From NCBI GenBank assembly GCA_965232515.1, contig CBDDPY010000002.1, positions 7,268,417-7,332,416 of the forward strand: DNA of 64,000 nt, written 5' to 3'. The translations under genes were made by a program, and so were the position numbers. Positions 40,028 through 50,004 of this stretch are shown piece after piece. The stretch's first letter is position 1. The number at the start of each line of letters is the position of its first letter. The stretch comes from Alphaproteobacteria bacterium (GTDB taxonomy: Bacteria > Pseudomonadota > Alphaproteobacteria > GCA-2731375). The notes under the pieces were generated by a model that saw nothing but the letters and a program-made list of their open reading frames with translations, searched no databases and was not told the DNA's origin.

Positions 40028-41188
40028 ATGGCCGTCGTAACGCTGGAGAACATCTGCAAGCGCTATCCGGGTGGCGACCAGCATGCCGTCGACGATGTCT
40101 CGTTCACCGTCGCCGACGGCGAGTTCATGGTGCTGCTGGGGCCGTCGGGCTGCGGCAAGTCGACGACCCTGCGCATGATCGCCGGCCTCGAATCCATCAC
40201 TTCCGGCCGGCTCAGCATCGACGACCGCGAGATGAACCTGGTGCCAGCGAAGGACCGCGACATCGCCATGGTGTTCCAGTCCTACGCGCTCTATCCGCAC
40301 ATGTCCGTGCGCGACAACCTGGCTTTCGGCCTGAAACGCCGCGGCGTCGCCCGGGCCGAGATCGGCCGGCGGGTGGAAGAGGTGGCGGCCATGCTGGGCC
40401 TCTCCGAGCTGTTGGCGCGAAAGCCTTTCGCACTATCGGGCGGCCAACGCCAGCGCGTCGCGCTCGGCCGCGCCATCGTGCGCGACCCCAAGGTGTTCCT
40501 GTTCGACGAACCGCTGTCGAACCTCGACGCCGCCTTGCGGGTCAGCACCCGTAACGAGCTGATCAAGCTGCACCAGCGCCTCGGCGTCACCATGATTTAT
40601 GTGACCCACGATCAGGTCGAGGCCATGACCATGGGCACCCGCATCTGCATCATGAACGAGGGAAAGCTGGTGCAGATCGGTCCGCCGCTGGAGGTCTACC
40701 GGCATCCGGCCGATACCTTCGTGGCGCGTTTCCTCGGCAACCCGCCGATGAACCTGCTGCCGGCAGAGCTGATCGGCACGGAAACAGGCTTCGCGGTGCG
40801 CCTCGCGGGCGCGTTGCTGCCGCTGCCGGGCCACGACCCGGCGGTGTTGGCGCGACACGGCGCCGGGCCGGTGATCTTCGGCATCCGGCCTGAGGACATC
40901 TACGACGTCAGGCCGCTGCAGCAGCAGGACGGCATCGACGAGCTCGCGGCCGAGGTCGTCACCGTCGAACCGCTCGGCGCCGAGACGCTGCTGGCGCTAC
41001 GGCTCGCCGACACCGACACGGACATCATCGCGCGGGTCGGCCGCGACAGCCGGGCTCGGCCCGGCGACCGGCTGACGGTCTATCTGGACGTCGCGGGGAT
41101 TCAGCTCTTCGATCCGACGACGACGAAGGTGGTCAGCACCGCGGTGACACCACCGGCGGACCAACAATGGAGGCAGGCGGCGACATGA
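40028..41188 (+). CDS. ABC transporter ATP-binding protein (MalK/UgpC-like)
   Basis: GPSGCGKST, MVFQSYALYPHM, LSGGQRQRVALGRA, DEPLSNLDA. Confidence 0.93.
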   Translation: MAVVTLENICKRYPGGDQHAVDDVSFTVADGEFMVLLGPSGCGKSTTLRMIAGLESITSGRLSIDDREMNLVPAKDRDIAMVFQSYALYPHMSVRDNLAFGLKRRGVARAEIGRRVEEVAAMLGLSELLARKPFALSGGQRQRVALGRAIVRDPKVFLFDEPLSNLDAALRVSTRNELIKLHQRLGVTMIYVTHDQVEAMTMGTRICIMNEGKLVQIGPPLEVYRHPADTFVARFLGNPPMNLLPAELIGTETGFAVRLAGALLPLPGHDPAVLARHGAGPVIFGIRPEDIYDVRPLQQQDGIDELAAEVVTVEPLGAETLLALRLADTDTDIIARVGRDSRARPGDRLTVYLDVAGIQLFDPTTTKVVSTAVTPPADQQWRQAAT

Positions 41189-41868
41189 GCGACAGACCTG
41201 GCATCACCATCCGCAAGGACTTCCCACGTCCGTCGCGCGAGCTGGTTGCCCGCTTCGCCGAGATGCCGACGGGCTGGGTGGTCGACGCCCAGGGTCGTCG
41301 CGGCGCCATCGACCACGGCATCCGGCCGCTGCTGCCGCCGAGCCGGTTCGCCGGCGTGGCACTCACCGTCTCGACCGTCAGCCGCGACAATCTGGTGCCG
41401 TATGCGGCGCTGCCTTATGTGCAGTCGGGCGACGTTCTGATGATCGGCAACAGGGACGACCTGTCGGCGTCCGTGATCGGCGATCTCTATATCGGCCAGG
41501 CCCGCAATTGCGGCGCCGTCGCCATCGTCACCGACGGTCTCGCCCGCGACATCGAGGGCATCGAGGAAATCGGCATCCCGGTCTATGCCCGTGGGCTTTC
41601 ACCCAACTCGCCTGAGAAGAACGGTCCCGGCGAGATCGGGCTGCCAGTCACCATCGGCGGCCAAGTCGTCGCGCCGGGCGATATCATCGTCGGCGACCGC
41701 GACGGCGTCGTCGTCGTACCGCTTGCGACGGCCGAAGCTGTTCTCGCCGGCCTCGAGGCCGTTGCCGAAAAAGAGCGCCGCATGGAAGTCGCGGTGCGCG
41801 ACGGCCTTAAGTATCCGGACTGGCTGGAGCAGACGCTCGCGGCCAAGGGCGTGCGCCACGTCGATTGA
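41185..41868 (+). CDS. RraA/HMG aldolase family protein
   Basis: DNL, GD, DGLARD, GEIG.PV, PGDIIVGDRDGVVVVP. Confidence 0.88.
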   Translation: MSDRPGITIRKDFPRPSRELVARFAEMPTGWVVDAQGRRGAIDHGIRPLLPPSRFAGVALTVSTVSRDNLVPYAALPYVQSGDVLMIGNRDDLSASVIGDLYIGQARNCGAVAIVTDGLARDIEGIEEIGIPVYARGLSPNSPEKNGPGEIGLPVTIGGQVVAPGDIIVGDRDGVVVVPLATAEAVLAGLEAVAEKERRMEVAVRDGLKYPDWLEQTLAAKGVRHVD

Positions 41869-41880
41869 GGATAACGGTCG

Positions 41881-42870
41881 ATGCCGGCAGCCGCCCGAAA
41901 GATCCTGTACTGGAGCATCGCCACCGAACCGGTCTACGACATCATCCGGGCCGAGCTGCCGCCGGACTGCGAGCTGGTGACGCTGCCGGAGGAGTCGGAG
42001 GCGGCGCGACGCGACCGGATCGCCGACGCCGAGGTCGTGATCGTCGCCGGCAGCCGGCTGCCGCGGACGATGATCGAGGCGGCCGGGCGCCTGCGGCTGG
42101 TGCACCATCAGGGCGTCGGCTACCACGACACCGTTGACGTGGCGGCGCTGGCCGAACGCGGCATTCCGCTGGCGCTCACGCCCGCCGGCACCACCATCGG
42201 CGTCGCCGAGCACACGGTGATGCTGACTATCGCCACCATGAAACACCTGACCTTCGCCGATGCCGAGCTACGTTGCGGCCGCTGGCATGTGAACCGGCTG
42301 CGCCCGGCCTCGCGCGAGCTGTTCGGCCGCACGATCGGCTATGTCGGCATGGGCCGGATCGGCCGGGCCGTGGCCGAACGGCTGTGCGCCTTCGGCACGA
42401 AGGGCCTCTATGTCGACGACGCGGCGCCGCTGCGGGATGTGGACGCCGAAGCGTTGAATCTGCGTCGCATCGATCTGGATACGCTGTTGCGCGAGGCCGA
42501 CGTGGTGACCCTGCACGTGCCGCTCACGCCCGAAACCCGGCACCTGATCGACGCGGCGGCCATCGCGCGCATGAAGCCGGGCGCGGTGCTGATCAATACC
42601 GCCCGCGGTGGCATCATCGATGAAGCCGCGCTTTACGACGCCCTTGAAAGCGGTCATCTCGGCGGCGCGGGCCTCGACGTTTTCGAGACCGAGCCACCGC
42701 CGGCCGACCACCCGTTGCTGACCTTGCCCAACGTCGTGCTGACGCCGCATATCAGCGCCGGCACCCGCGATGCCCTGCAGACCAAGATGCGATCCCTTTT
42801 CGCCAACGTCAGCCGGTTCTATGCCGGCGAGCCGCTGCACGATCAGGTCGATCTGAATGCCGGCCGCTGA
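41881..42870 (+). CDS. D-isomer-specific 2-hydroxyacid dehydrogenase
   Basis: GMGRIG, LHVPLTPET, INTARG, LDVF..EP, TPH. Confidence 0.92.
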   Translation: MPAAARKILYWSIATEPVYDIIRAELPPDCELVTLPEESEAARRDRIADAEVVIVAGSRLPRTMIEAAGRLRLVHHQGVGYHDTVDVAALAERGIPLALTPAGTTIGVAEHTVMLTIATMKHLTFADAELRCGRWHVNRLRPASRELFGRTIGYVGMGRIGRAVAERLCAFGTKGLYVDDAAPLRDVDAEALNLRRIDLDTLLREADVVTLHVPLTPETRHLIDAAAIARMKPGAVLINTARGGIIDEAALYDALESGHLGGAGLDVFETEPPPADHPLLTLPNVVLTPHISAGTRDALQTKMRSLFANVSRFYAGEPLHDQVDLNAGR

Positions 42871-43858
42871 TCCGTTGCGCGTTGGCCTTGCCGGCGCCGG
42901 CATGATCAGCCGTCATCATCTGATCGCCTGGTCGCGGCTGGAGTCGGTTCAGGTCGTGGCGGTCTGCGATCCCGACCACGGTCGGGCCCAAGCACGGGCG
43001 GCCGAGTTCGCGATTCCGAACGTCTATGAATCGGCTGACGATATGCTCGACGGCGTAACCATCGACGCTGTCGATATCGCAACGCCGCGCGAGACCCATG
43101 CCGGTCTCGTTCGGCTGTCGGCGCGACACGGCATCGACGTGCTCTGCCAGAAGCCACTCACTCCTGCGTTCGATGAAGCCAAGGCTCTGGTCGCGGCGGT
43201 CGCCGGATCGGTGCGGCTGATGGTGCATGAGAACTGGCGCTTCCGACCATGGTACCGACAAGCCAAGGCCTGGCTGGACGCCGGCCTTGTAGGCGAGGTC
43301 GAGGCCTTCCGCTTAGCCGCCATTTCGTCCGGCCTGTTGCCCGACGGTGAGGGACGACGGCCGGCGTTGGAACGCCAGCCGTTTCTGGCGCACGAGCGTC
43401 GGCTAATCATCGCCGAATTGCTGATCCACCATCTCGACGTGGCGCGCTGGCTGCTCGGTCCGTTGCAGGTCCGCGCGGCCGAGATCAGCCATGGCGACGC
43501 GCCCGTCGTCGGCGAGACGGGCGCGGACGTCCACCTGGTCACGGAAACCGGCGCGTCGGTCGAGATCGTCGGCGACTGGGCTGCGCCGGGTCAGCCGCCG
43601 CGGTCGGGCGATGTCATGGCGGTCAAGGGTGCGCGCGGCACGCTGCGGCTCGCCGATCACCGGCTCGATCTGGACGGAATAGAGCGGCAGAGCCTGACCT
43701 ACGATCCCGAGGCCGCCTATCAAGCCAGCTTCGATGCCGCGATTGCACATTTCGTCGACGGTCTTCGAACCGGCGGCGCGTTCGAGACGGACGGCGCGGA
43801 CAATATCGCGACCCTGCAACTCGTGGACGCGGCTTACGCGGCCGCCGGTGTGGCATGA
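42857..43858 (+). CDS. Gfo/Idh/MocA family oxidoreductase
   Basis: GLAGAGMIS, VLCQKP, HENWRF, IHHLD. Confidence 0.88.
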   Translation: MPAADPLRVGLAGAGMISRHHLIAWSRLESVQVVAVCDPDHGRAQARAAEFAIPNVYESADDMLDGVTIDAVDIATPRETHAGLVRLSARHGIDVLCQKPLTPAFDEAKALVAAVAGSVRLMVHENWRFRPWYRQAKAWLDAGLVGEVEAFRLAAISSGLLPDGEGRRPALERQPFLAHERRLIIAELLIHHLDVARWLLGPLQVRAAEISHGDAPVVGETGADVHLVTETGASVEIVGDWAAPGQPPRSGDVMAVKGARGTLRLADHRLDLDGIERQSLTYDPEAAYQASFDAAIAHFVDGLRTGGAFETDGADNIATLQLVDAAYAAAGVA

Positions 43859-43987
43859 ACCGGTTGCCCAACCGAGCCGTCAGTCGGTTTTGAGCGATTG
43901 GCTCTAATCCGCTGAAATTTCAGAAAATATTCAGAACTGCCGCCGATGCTTGAGGTTTTAGTTTAACGAAAGCCCGGGTATCGACGG

Positions 43988-45808
43988 ATGGCGTTGGCGG
44001 CGCTGATGTTGGCTTCGGCCGCGATATGGTTCGCGACGGCGGGGCTGTCGTACCGGTTGATGCGCCGGACGGGCTGGGTCGGCGCCTGGTCGTTTTTGAT
44101 CGCTGCCATGATCCTGCTGGGGTGCCGGGAGAGCGTCGCCGCGTTTGAATTGCTGATGGCGGACAAGCAATTCGATGTGATGCCGCCGTTGCTGTCGTTC
44201 CTCGCGGCGTGCCTGACGCTCGCCGGCATTGCCCTGATGACCCGCAAGCTGCTTGGCCGCCATGGCGGTAACGCGCAGAAGTTCCGTGACCTCGTCGAAG
44301 GTTCCCTGCAGGGCGTGTTTGTGCTTAACGCCGAATGGCGGGTGCTGTTCGCCAACAAGGCCGTGGCCCGGATTTTCGGTTTCGACACACCGGATGAGAT
44401 GCTGGCACTCGATACGGTCGCGCCGCTGGTGGCGCCGGAGGATATTACGCGCCTCGAGGCCTACCGCAACCTGCGTCTGCAAGGCGAGCGACCGCCGGAG
44501 GTTTATGAGTATGAAGGCCGGCGCATTGACGGCACGCCGATCTACCTCGAAAACAGGTCTCGCCACGTGATCTGGGACGATCAGCCGGCAGTGCAATGCA
44601 CGGTGATCGACATTACCGAGCGCAAGCAGGCGGAAATCGCGTTGAACGCGAGCCGCGAGCGCCTGCGCCAGATCGCGCAGCTCAGCACCGACTGGATCTG
44701 GGAGACCGACAGCGCGCATTGCTACACCTACATGTCGGCCCGCGTCACCGAGGTTTCGGGCCTTAAGCCCGAGGTCTTTCTCGGCAAGTCGCGCGTCGAC
44801 GTCTTGAACAAGGCGATGCATTCGGAGGAGGTGCGACAGCATCTTGTCGATCTCGCCCACCACAGGCCGTTTCAGGACGTCGCCTACTGGGCCGACCTGC
44901 CGGCCGGGCAACGCTGTCTGAGCGTCAGCGGCCGGCCGCTGTTCGATGAGAACGGCGACTTTGCCGGCTATCGCGGCACCGGCCGCGATATCACCAACGA
45001 GCGGCGCGCCCAGATGGCGCTGATCGACGCCAAGGAAGAGGCGCAGGCCGCCAGCAAGGCGAAAAGCGACTTCCTGGCGCATATGAGCCACGAGTTCCGC
45101 ACGCCGTTGAACGCCATCCTCGGCTTCTCCGACGTGATCCGGGGGCAGCTGTTCGGGCCGATCGACGAAACCAAGTATCTCGAATACGGCAACGACATCT
45201 ACGAAAGCGGCGAGCACCTGCTGTCGATGATCAACGACATCCTCGATCTGTCGAAGATCGAGGCGGGGCAGTGGGAGCTGTTCGACGAGGAAATCGATGT
45301 CGGCGCGACCTTGGCGGCGGTGGTCCGGCTGGTCGACGACCGGGCGGCGCGCGGTGGCGTCGTGTTGGCGGTCGAGGCGGCCGACGACCTGCCGCGCCTG
45401 TGGGCCGACGAGCGTGCATTGAAGCAGGTGCTGCTGAACCTGCTGTCGAACGCCGTGAAGTTCACGGATGCCGACGGGCATGTCACCTTGTCGGTCGCGA
45501 TCGAGGCCAACGGCGACTATCTGTTCCGTGTCGCCGATCAGGGCATCGGCATCCCGGCCGACGAGCTCGGCCGCGTGTTGGAGCCGTTCGAGCAGGCATC
45601 CAACAGCCTGACGCGGCAATCGGAAGGCACCGGCCTCGGGTTGCCGCTCGCCAAGTCCTTCGTCGAGCTGCAGGGCGGCACCCTCGAGATCGAAAGCGAG
45701 GTCGGCGCCGGCACCTTGGTGTCCGTGCGCTTCCCGGCGTCGCGCGTGCGCGACGTCGATGGTGAGGTACCGACTGAAGTCACGCCGCCGGTCGAGTCGG
45801 CGGCTTAG
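43988..45808 (+). CDS. Membrane PAS-PAS sensor histidine kinase (PleC/DivJ/PdhS-like)
   Basis: N-terminal TM helices, two PAS/PAC domains, H-box MSHEFRTPLNAILGFS, NLLSNAVKFT, DQGIG, GTGLGL. Confidence 0.93.
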   Translation: MALAALMLASAAIWFATAGLSYRLMRRTGWVGAWSFLIAAMILLGCRESVAAFELLMADKQFDVMPPLLSFLAACLTLAGIALMTRKLLGRHGGNAQKFRDLVEGSLQGVFVLNAEWRVLFANKAVARIFGFDTPDEMLALDTVAPLVAPEDITRLEAYRNLRLQGERPPEVYEYEGRRIDGTPIYLENRSRHVIWDDQPAVQCTVIDITERKQAEIALNASRERLRQIAQLSTDWIWETDSAHCYTYMSARVTEVSGLKPEVFLGKSRVDVLNKAMHSEEVRQHLVDLAHHRPFQDVAYWADLPAGQRCLSVSGRPLFDENGDFAGYRGTGRDITNERRAQMALIDAKEEAQAASKAKSDFLAHMSHEFRTPLNAILGFSDVIRGQLFGPIDETKYLEYGNDIYESGEHLLSMINDILDLSKIEAGQWELFDEEIDVGATLAAVVRLVDDRAARGGVVLAVEAADDLPRLWADERALKQVLLNLLSNAVKFTDADGHVTLSVAIEANGDYLFRVADQGIGIPADELGRVLEPFEQASNSLTRQSEGTGLGLPLAKSFVELQGGTLEIESEVGAGTLVSVRFPASRVRDVDGEVPTEVTPPVESAA

Positions 45809-46872
45809 CCTTCTTTAGATAGTCGTTCCGCAACAGCGGCCGCGAACGCTTGTGTGCCCAACGTGCCGCCCAGATCTGCGGTGCGGGTCGCCGGGTTGGC
45901 GAGCGATGCGTCGACGGCGGCATTGATGGCCGCGGCGGCCTGCCGGCAGGCCGCGTTGTCATGGCGGTCAGCGAGCCAGTCGAGCAGCATGGCGGCCGAC
46001 AGGATCAGCGAGCAGGGATTGGCCTTGTCCTGTCCGGCGATGTCCGGCGCCGAGCCGTGCTGGGTCTGCGCCGCGGCGAGGTCCGCGCCGGCATTGATGG
46101 CGCCGCCCAGACCCAGGCCGCCCGACAGCTCAGAGGCGAGGTCGGACAGGATGTCGCCATAGAAGTTGGTCGTGCAGACCACGTCAAAGCGCGACGGATC
46201 GCGCACCAGCAGCGCCGCCATGGCGTCGACGATGACCTCTTCCAATTCGACGTCGGCGAAGTCCGCCGCCACCTTGCGCACCTCGCGCAGGAACAGCCCG
46301 TCGGTCAGGATCATGGCGTTCGCCTTGTGCACCGCGGTCACCTTGCGCCGCCGCTTTCGCGCCAGCTCGAACGAGGCCCGGGCGATGCGTTCGCAGGCCC
46401 GCGCGGTGATCTTGCGCAGCGACAGGGCGATATCCTCGGTCGGCATGAACTCGCCGCTGCCGGCCACCATATTGCGGTCGCTGTAGAAGCCCTCCGTGGC
46501 CTCGCGCATGATCACCAGGTCCATATCGCCGTGCGCCGACCCCAGGCCCGGCCGGGTGCGCGCCGGGCGCACGTTCGCGAACAGGTCCAGCTTCACGCGG
46601 AACTCGGCAGAGACATTGACGCCGCCCTCATCGCACGGCGGATAGTCGAGGTGCGAGATCGGTCCCAGGATCACACCGTCAGCGGCGCGCGCCGCGTCGA
46701 GCACCGCGTCGGGGCAGGTCGAGCCGGATTTCTCCAGCGCGGCGAAGCCGATGTCGGCGAATTCGAAGTCGAAGCCCAGGCCGAAGGCCGGATCGGCGGC
46801 GCGCAGCACGGTCAGGGTCGCATCAGTGATCTCGGGCCCGATGCCATCGCCCGGCAAGACAAGGATTTTCAT
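45805..46872 (-). CDS. Isocitrate/isopropylmalate/tartrate dehydrogenase family protein
   Basis: LPGDGIGPEI, ANVRP, RE.TEGFY, HKAN, NFYGDILSD, HGSAPDIAG. Confidence 0.92.
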   Translation of the reverse strand: MKILVLPGDGIGPEITDATLTVLRAADPAFGLGFDFEFADIGFAALEKSGSTCPDAVLDAARAADGVILGPISHLDYPPCDEGGVNVSAEFRVKLDLFANVRPARTRPGLGSAHGDMDLVIMREATEGFYSDRNMVAGSGEFMPTEDIALSLRKITARACERIARASFELARKRRRKVTAVHKANAMILTDGLFLREVRKVAADFADVELEEVIVDAMAALLVRDPSRFDVVCTTNFYGDILSDLASELSGGLGLGGAINAGADLAAAQTQHGSAPDIAGQDKANPCSLILSAAMLLDWLADRHDNAACRQAAAAINAAVDASLANPATRTADLGGTLGTQAFAAAVAERLSKEG

Positions 46873-46913
46873 GTCGCTCCGTCACTCAATTGGAGGGTAT
46901 CGACGGCAAAGCG

Positions 46914-48212
46914 CTAGGACATCACCTGCCGCGGCAGGAACAGGACCAGGTCGGGAAACAGGATCAGCAGCATAACGACCGCCAGCGTGATCAGCACATA
47001 AGGAATGGCGAGCAGGGCCAATCGTTCGAACGGCAACTCGGTCACGCGTACAAGCGCGTAGAGCACCATGCCGACCGGCGGCGTCAGCAGGCCGGCCGTC
47101 AGGGCCAGCGTCATGACGATGCCGAAATGAACCGGATCGATGCCGAACTGCTCGGCCGTCGGCAGCAGGATCGGCGTCAGGATCAGGATCGCCGGCGTTT
47201 CGGCCATGAAGCAGCCGACCACCAGCCAGAGCAGCGTGAACAGCATCAGCAGCATCGCTGGATCGGCCGTCAGCTGGGTCAGCAGGTCGGCCAACGCGTT
47301 CGGTACCTGGCCGCGGATCATCACCGTGCCGAACGCCGACGTGAAGGCGATGATCAACATGATCACGGCGCTGTCGACCATCGTGCCCTTAATCTCGCGC
47401 AACAGATGCCGCCAGCCGTACTCGCGATAGAACAGCAGGCCCAGCGCCATGGCGTAGAAGGCGGCGACGGCCGCCGCCTCGGTCGGCGTGAAGATGCCGC
47501 TGTAGATGCCGCCGATAATGATCACCGGCGTCAGCAGCGGCAGGAAGCCCTGGCGAAACGCCAGCCACAGCGCGCCGAGCGAGGCGAAGGGCAGGGAGGG
47601 ATAGTTGTTGCGGTAGGCCTGGTAGCTGACATAGGCCATGAAGGCGAGCGCCAGCAGAATGCCGGGCAGGATGCCCGCGACGAACAGCGAGCCGATCGAA
47701 ACCTCGGCGACGACGCCATAGGCGACCAGCGGAATGCTGGGCGGAATGATCGGCCCGATCAACGACGAGGCGGCGGTGATGCCGGCGCTGAACTTGCGGT
47801 CGTAGCCGTTCTGCATCATCGCTTTCATCTCGACGGTGCCGAGGCCGACGGCGTCCGCCGTCGCCGCGCCCGACATGCCGGCGAAGATCATGCTGGCCAG
47901 CACGTTGGCGTGCCCGAGCCCGCCCTTCAGCGGCCTCACCAGCAGACTGACGAAGCTGAACAGCCGGTTGGTGATGCCGCCTGTGTTCATCAGCCGACCG
48001 GCCAGCAGAAAGAATGGAATGGCCAGAAGCAGGAAGTTGTCGATCTTCGAAAACGCGAGCCGCGCGATCATCGACGAGGCGCGCGGATCGAACAGATCGC
48101 CGAAGAAATAGCCGGCGCCCACGGTCGCCACCAAGCCGGTGCCGAACCCGACCGGGAAGCCGATCATGATCAGCGCGACGAGGCCGACCGCCAGGACACC
48201 GTAAACGATCAT
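46914..48212 (-). CDS. dctM: TRAP transporter large permease
   Basis: LLAIPFFLLAG, SGAATAD, IIPPSI, FTPTEAA, TPPVG. Confidence 0.92.
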   Translation of the reverse strand: MIVYGVLAVGLVALIMIGFPVGFGTGLVATVGAGYFFGDLFDPRASSMIARLAFSKIDNFLLLAIPFFLLAGRLMNTGGITNRLFSFVSLLVRPLKGGLGHANVLASMIFAGMSGAATADAVGLGTVEMKAMMQNGYDRKFSAGITAASSLIGPIIPPSIPLVAYGVVAEVSIGSLFVAGILPGILLALAFMAYVSYQAYRNNYPSLPFASLGALWLAFRQGFLPLLTPVIIIGGIYSGIFTPTEAAAVAAFYAMALGLLFYREYGWRHLLREIKGTMVDSAVIMLIIAFTSAFGTVMIRGQVPNALADLLTQLTADPAMLLMLFTLLWLVVGCFMAETPAILILTPILLPTAEQFGIDPVHFGIVMTLALTAGLLTPPVGMVLYALVRVTELPFERLALLAIPYVLITLAVVMLLILFPDLVLFLPRQVMS

Positions 48213-48715
48213 CGCGGCGGCTCCGGCACGGCCTTTGCCTGGCCGAACAGCACGCCGAAATGCCGGACCGTGTCGCGCGCGACGTAGAGCATCATCAGCG
48301 CGATGGCGAGGCATTCGCCGAGGAACAGGTGCCCGGTGCGCAGCCAGCTCATGGCGATCATGAACGACTCCCATGTCACGACCGCCATCGCCGCGGCCCC
48401 GCGCAGCAGCGAGATCAGCAGCAGCAGGATCAGGATGTTGAAGACGATCCGGCCGAGCGCCTGCGCCCGCGGGCTCAGCCGGTTGAACAGGAAGTCGACG
48501 ACGATGTGCTGTCGCTCGCGAATGGCGATGGCGATGCCGAAGAACATGGTCAGGATGAACAGCGCGCGGGCCGCTTCCTCGGTCCAGTCGACCGAGATCG
48601 ACAGCTTGCGGAACGCCACCTGGGCGCCCGTCACCAGGAGCATGACGATGAAGCCGGCGACGGCAAGCGCGGTGACGGCGCGGTCAAGGTGGCGCAACGG
48701 ACGGCTCCCTTGCAA
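48209..48715 (-). CDS. dctQ: TRAP transporter small permease
   Basis: WTEEAAR, HIVVDF, four TM helices. Confidence 0.88.
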   Translation of the reverse strand: MQGSRPLRHLDRAVTALAVAGFIVMLLVTGAQVAFRKLSISVDWTEEAARALFILTMFFGIAIAIRERQHIVVDFLFNRLSPRAQALGRIVFNILILLLLISLLRGAAAMAVVTWESFMIAMSWLRTGHLFLGECLAIALMMLYVARDTVRHFGVLFGQAKAVPEPPR

Positions 48716-48748
48716 ATGTCGGACGAGTCGCGGTCGGGCGGACTGGCG

Positions 48749-49732
48749 TCAGTTCGCCTGCTTCGCGATGTCGTCCAGCAGACCGGGCCGGCAGACCTCG
48801 GCGGCGAACGCCTTGACGATGGGGGCGGCGATGGTCTTGAAGGCGGCGACATCGGGTTCGACGACCGTCATGCCCTTGCCTTCCAGCTTCTTGGTGACGT
48901 CGGCGAAGGATGCCAGCACCGCCTGGTTCATCCAGTCCGTCGCCTTCCTGGCTTCTTCGTCGAAGATCTTTTTGTGGTCGGCGCTCAGATCCTCATAGAA
49001 GCCGTTGTTGGCGGTGACGACGAAGTAGCTCCAGACGTGCCCGGTCATGTTCACGTAGTCCTGCACCTCGTGGAAGTTCGCGCCCCAGATCGTGCCCAGC
49101 GGATTTTCCTGCGCCTCGACGGTGCCGGTCTGCAGCGCACCATAGAGCTCCTTGAACGACATCGGCACCGGATTGGCGCCCATGGCCTTGAACACGCGCT
49201 GGCGCAGCTTGTTGGTGACGCGGATTTTGAGGCCGGACATGTCGGCCGGAGTCTTGACCGCCCGCTTCGCCGTCAGATGCCGGGCGCCACGGTGCCCGAC
49301 GCTGACAATGCGGATGTTGTGCGCGGCCTTGAGCTTGCCGTTCACCTCCTGCCCAAGCGGGCCGTTCCAGACCTTGAGGCCGTGATCGCCGTCGCGGTAG
49401 ACGAACTCCGCCTCCATGCACTGGTACTGCTTGACCAGATGATGCACGACCACGGGCCCGGCGACATGGGCCTGGATCTCGTTGGTGGAGAGCTGCTGCA
49501 GCAGATCCTTGTCGCCGCCCAGCGCGCCGCCCGAGATGATCGTCATGTCGAGTTCGCCGTCGGTGCGCGACCGCATCCCGTCGGCCCAACGCCGCATGGC
49601 CTGGGTGCTGAATTCCTTTTCGCTGTTGGTGGTGCCGAGCGTGAAGGTGACCTTTGCCGCATGGGTTTGGCCAGCGGCGAGAACCGTCGCCGCCAGCAGC
49701 GTGGCGGCCAGTATCTGGCGCATGTTCCGCAT
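48749..49732 (-). CDS. dctP: TRAP transporter substrate-binding protein
   Basis: Signal peptide, GLKIR, ELYGALQTGTVEAQENP, TGH. Confidence 0.92.
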   Translation of the reverse strand: MRNMRQILAATLLAATVLAAGQTHAAKVTFTLGTTNSEKEFSTQAMRRWADGMRSRTDGELDMTIISGGALGGDKDLLQQLSTNEIQAHVAGPVVVHHLVKQYQCMEAEFVYRDGDHGLKVWNGPLGQEVNGKLKAAHNIRIVSVGHRGARHLTAKRAVKTPADMSGLKIRVTNKLRQRVFKAMGANPVPMSFKELYGALQTGTVEAQENPLGTIWGANFHEVQDYVNMTGHVWSYFVVTANNGFYEDLSADHKKIFDEEARKATDWMNQAVLASFADVTKKLEGKGMTVVEPDVAAFKTIAAPIVKAFAAEVCRPGLLDDIAKQAN

Positions 49733-49834
49733 CTCGTTTCCTCCCTTTGGCGCCGCGGTGCCGTCCTTCGCTTGGGTCCGTCGACGCTTGCTATCGGCCA
49801 GGATCGGGCCGATCTCATAAATTATTCAAAATAT

Positions 49835-49951
49835 CGTATACGTTAATATAATCGATTGCCAGTAATTTTCTGATGTAATCTGGCCCGGTGGCGAACTTTG
49901 GCTGAATTCCAGCAGATAGATTGACCTTCGTGTGTATTAATGTATACATTA
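49835..49951. promoter_or_regulatory. Two GTATAC-core palindromes, probable GntR/FadR operators
   Basis: CGTATACG at 49835-49842 and perfect TAATGTATACATTA at 49938-49951 in the AT-rich dctP/gntR divergent region. Confidence 0.6.
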
Positions 49952-50004
49952 TATTGTGAAAGAAGCGGCGGAGGCTGCCGGAGGAATCGGATAAACAGGC
50001 CGGG

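Noticed and set aside
45805-46872. Assigning leuB or icd
   Set aside because: Family motifs are clear, but the TRAP/GntR catabolic context and lack of leu genes make the specific call unsupported
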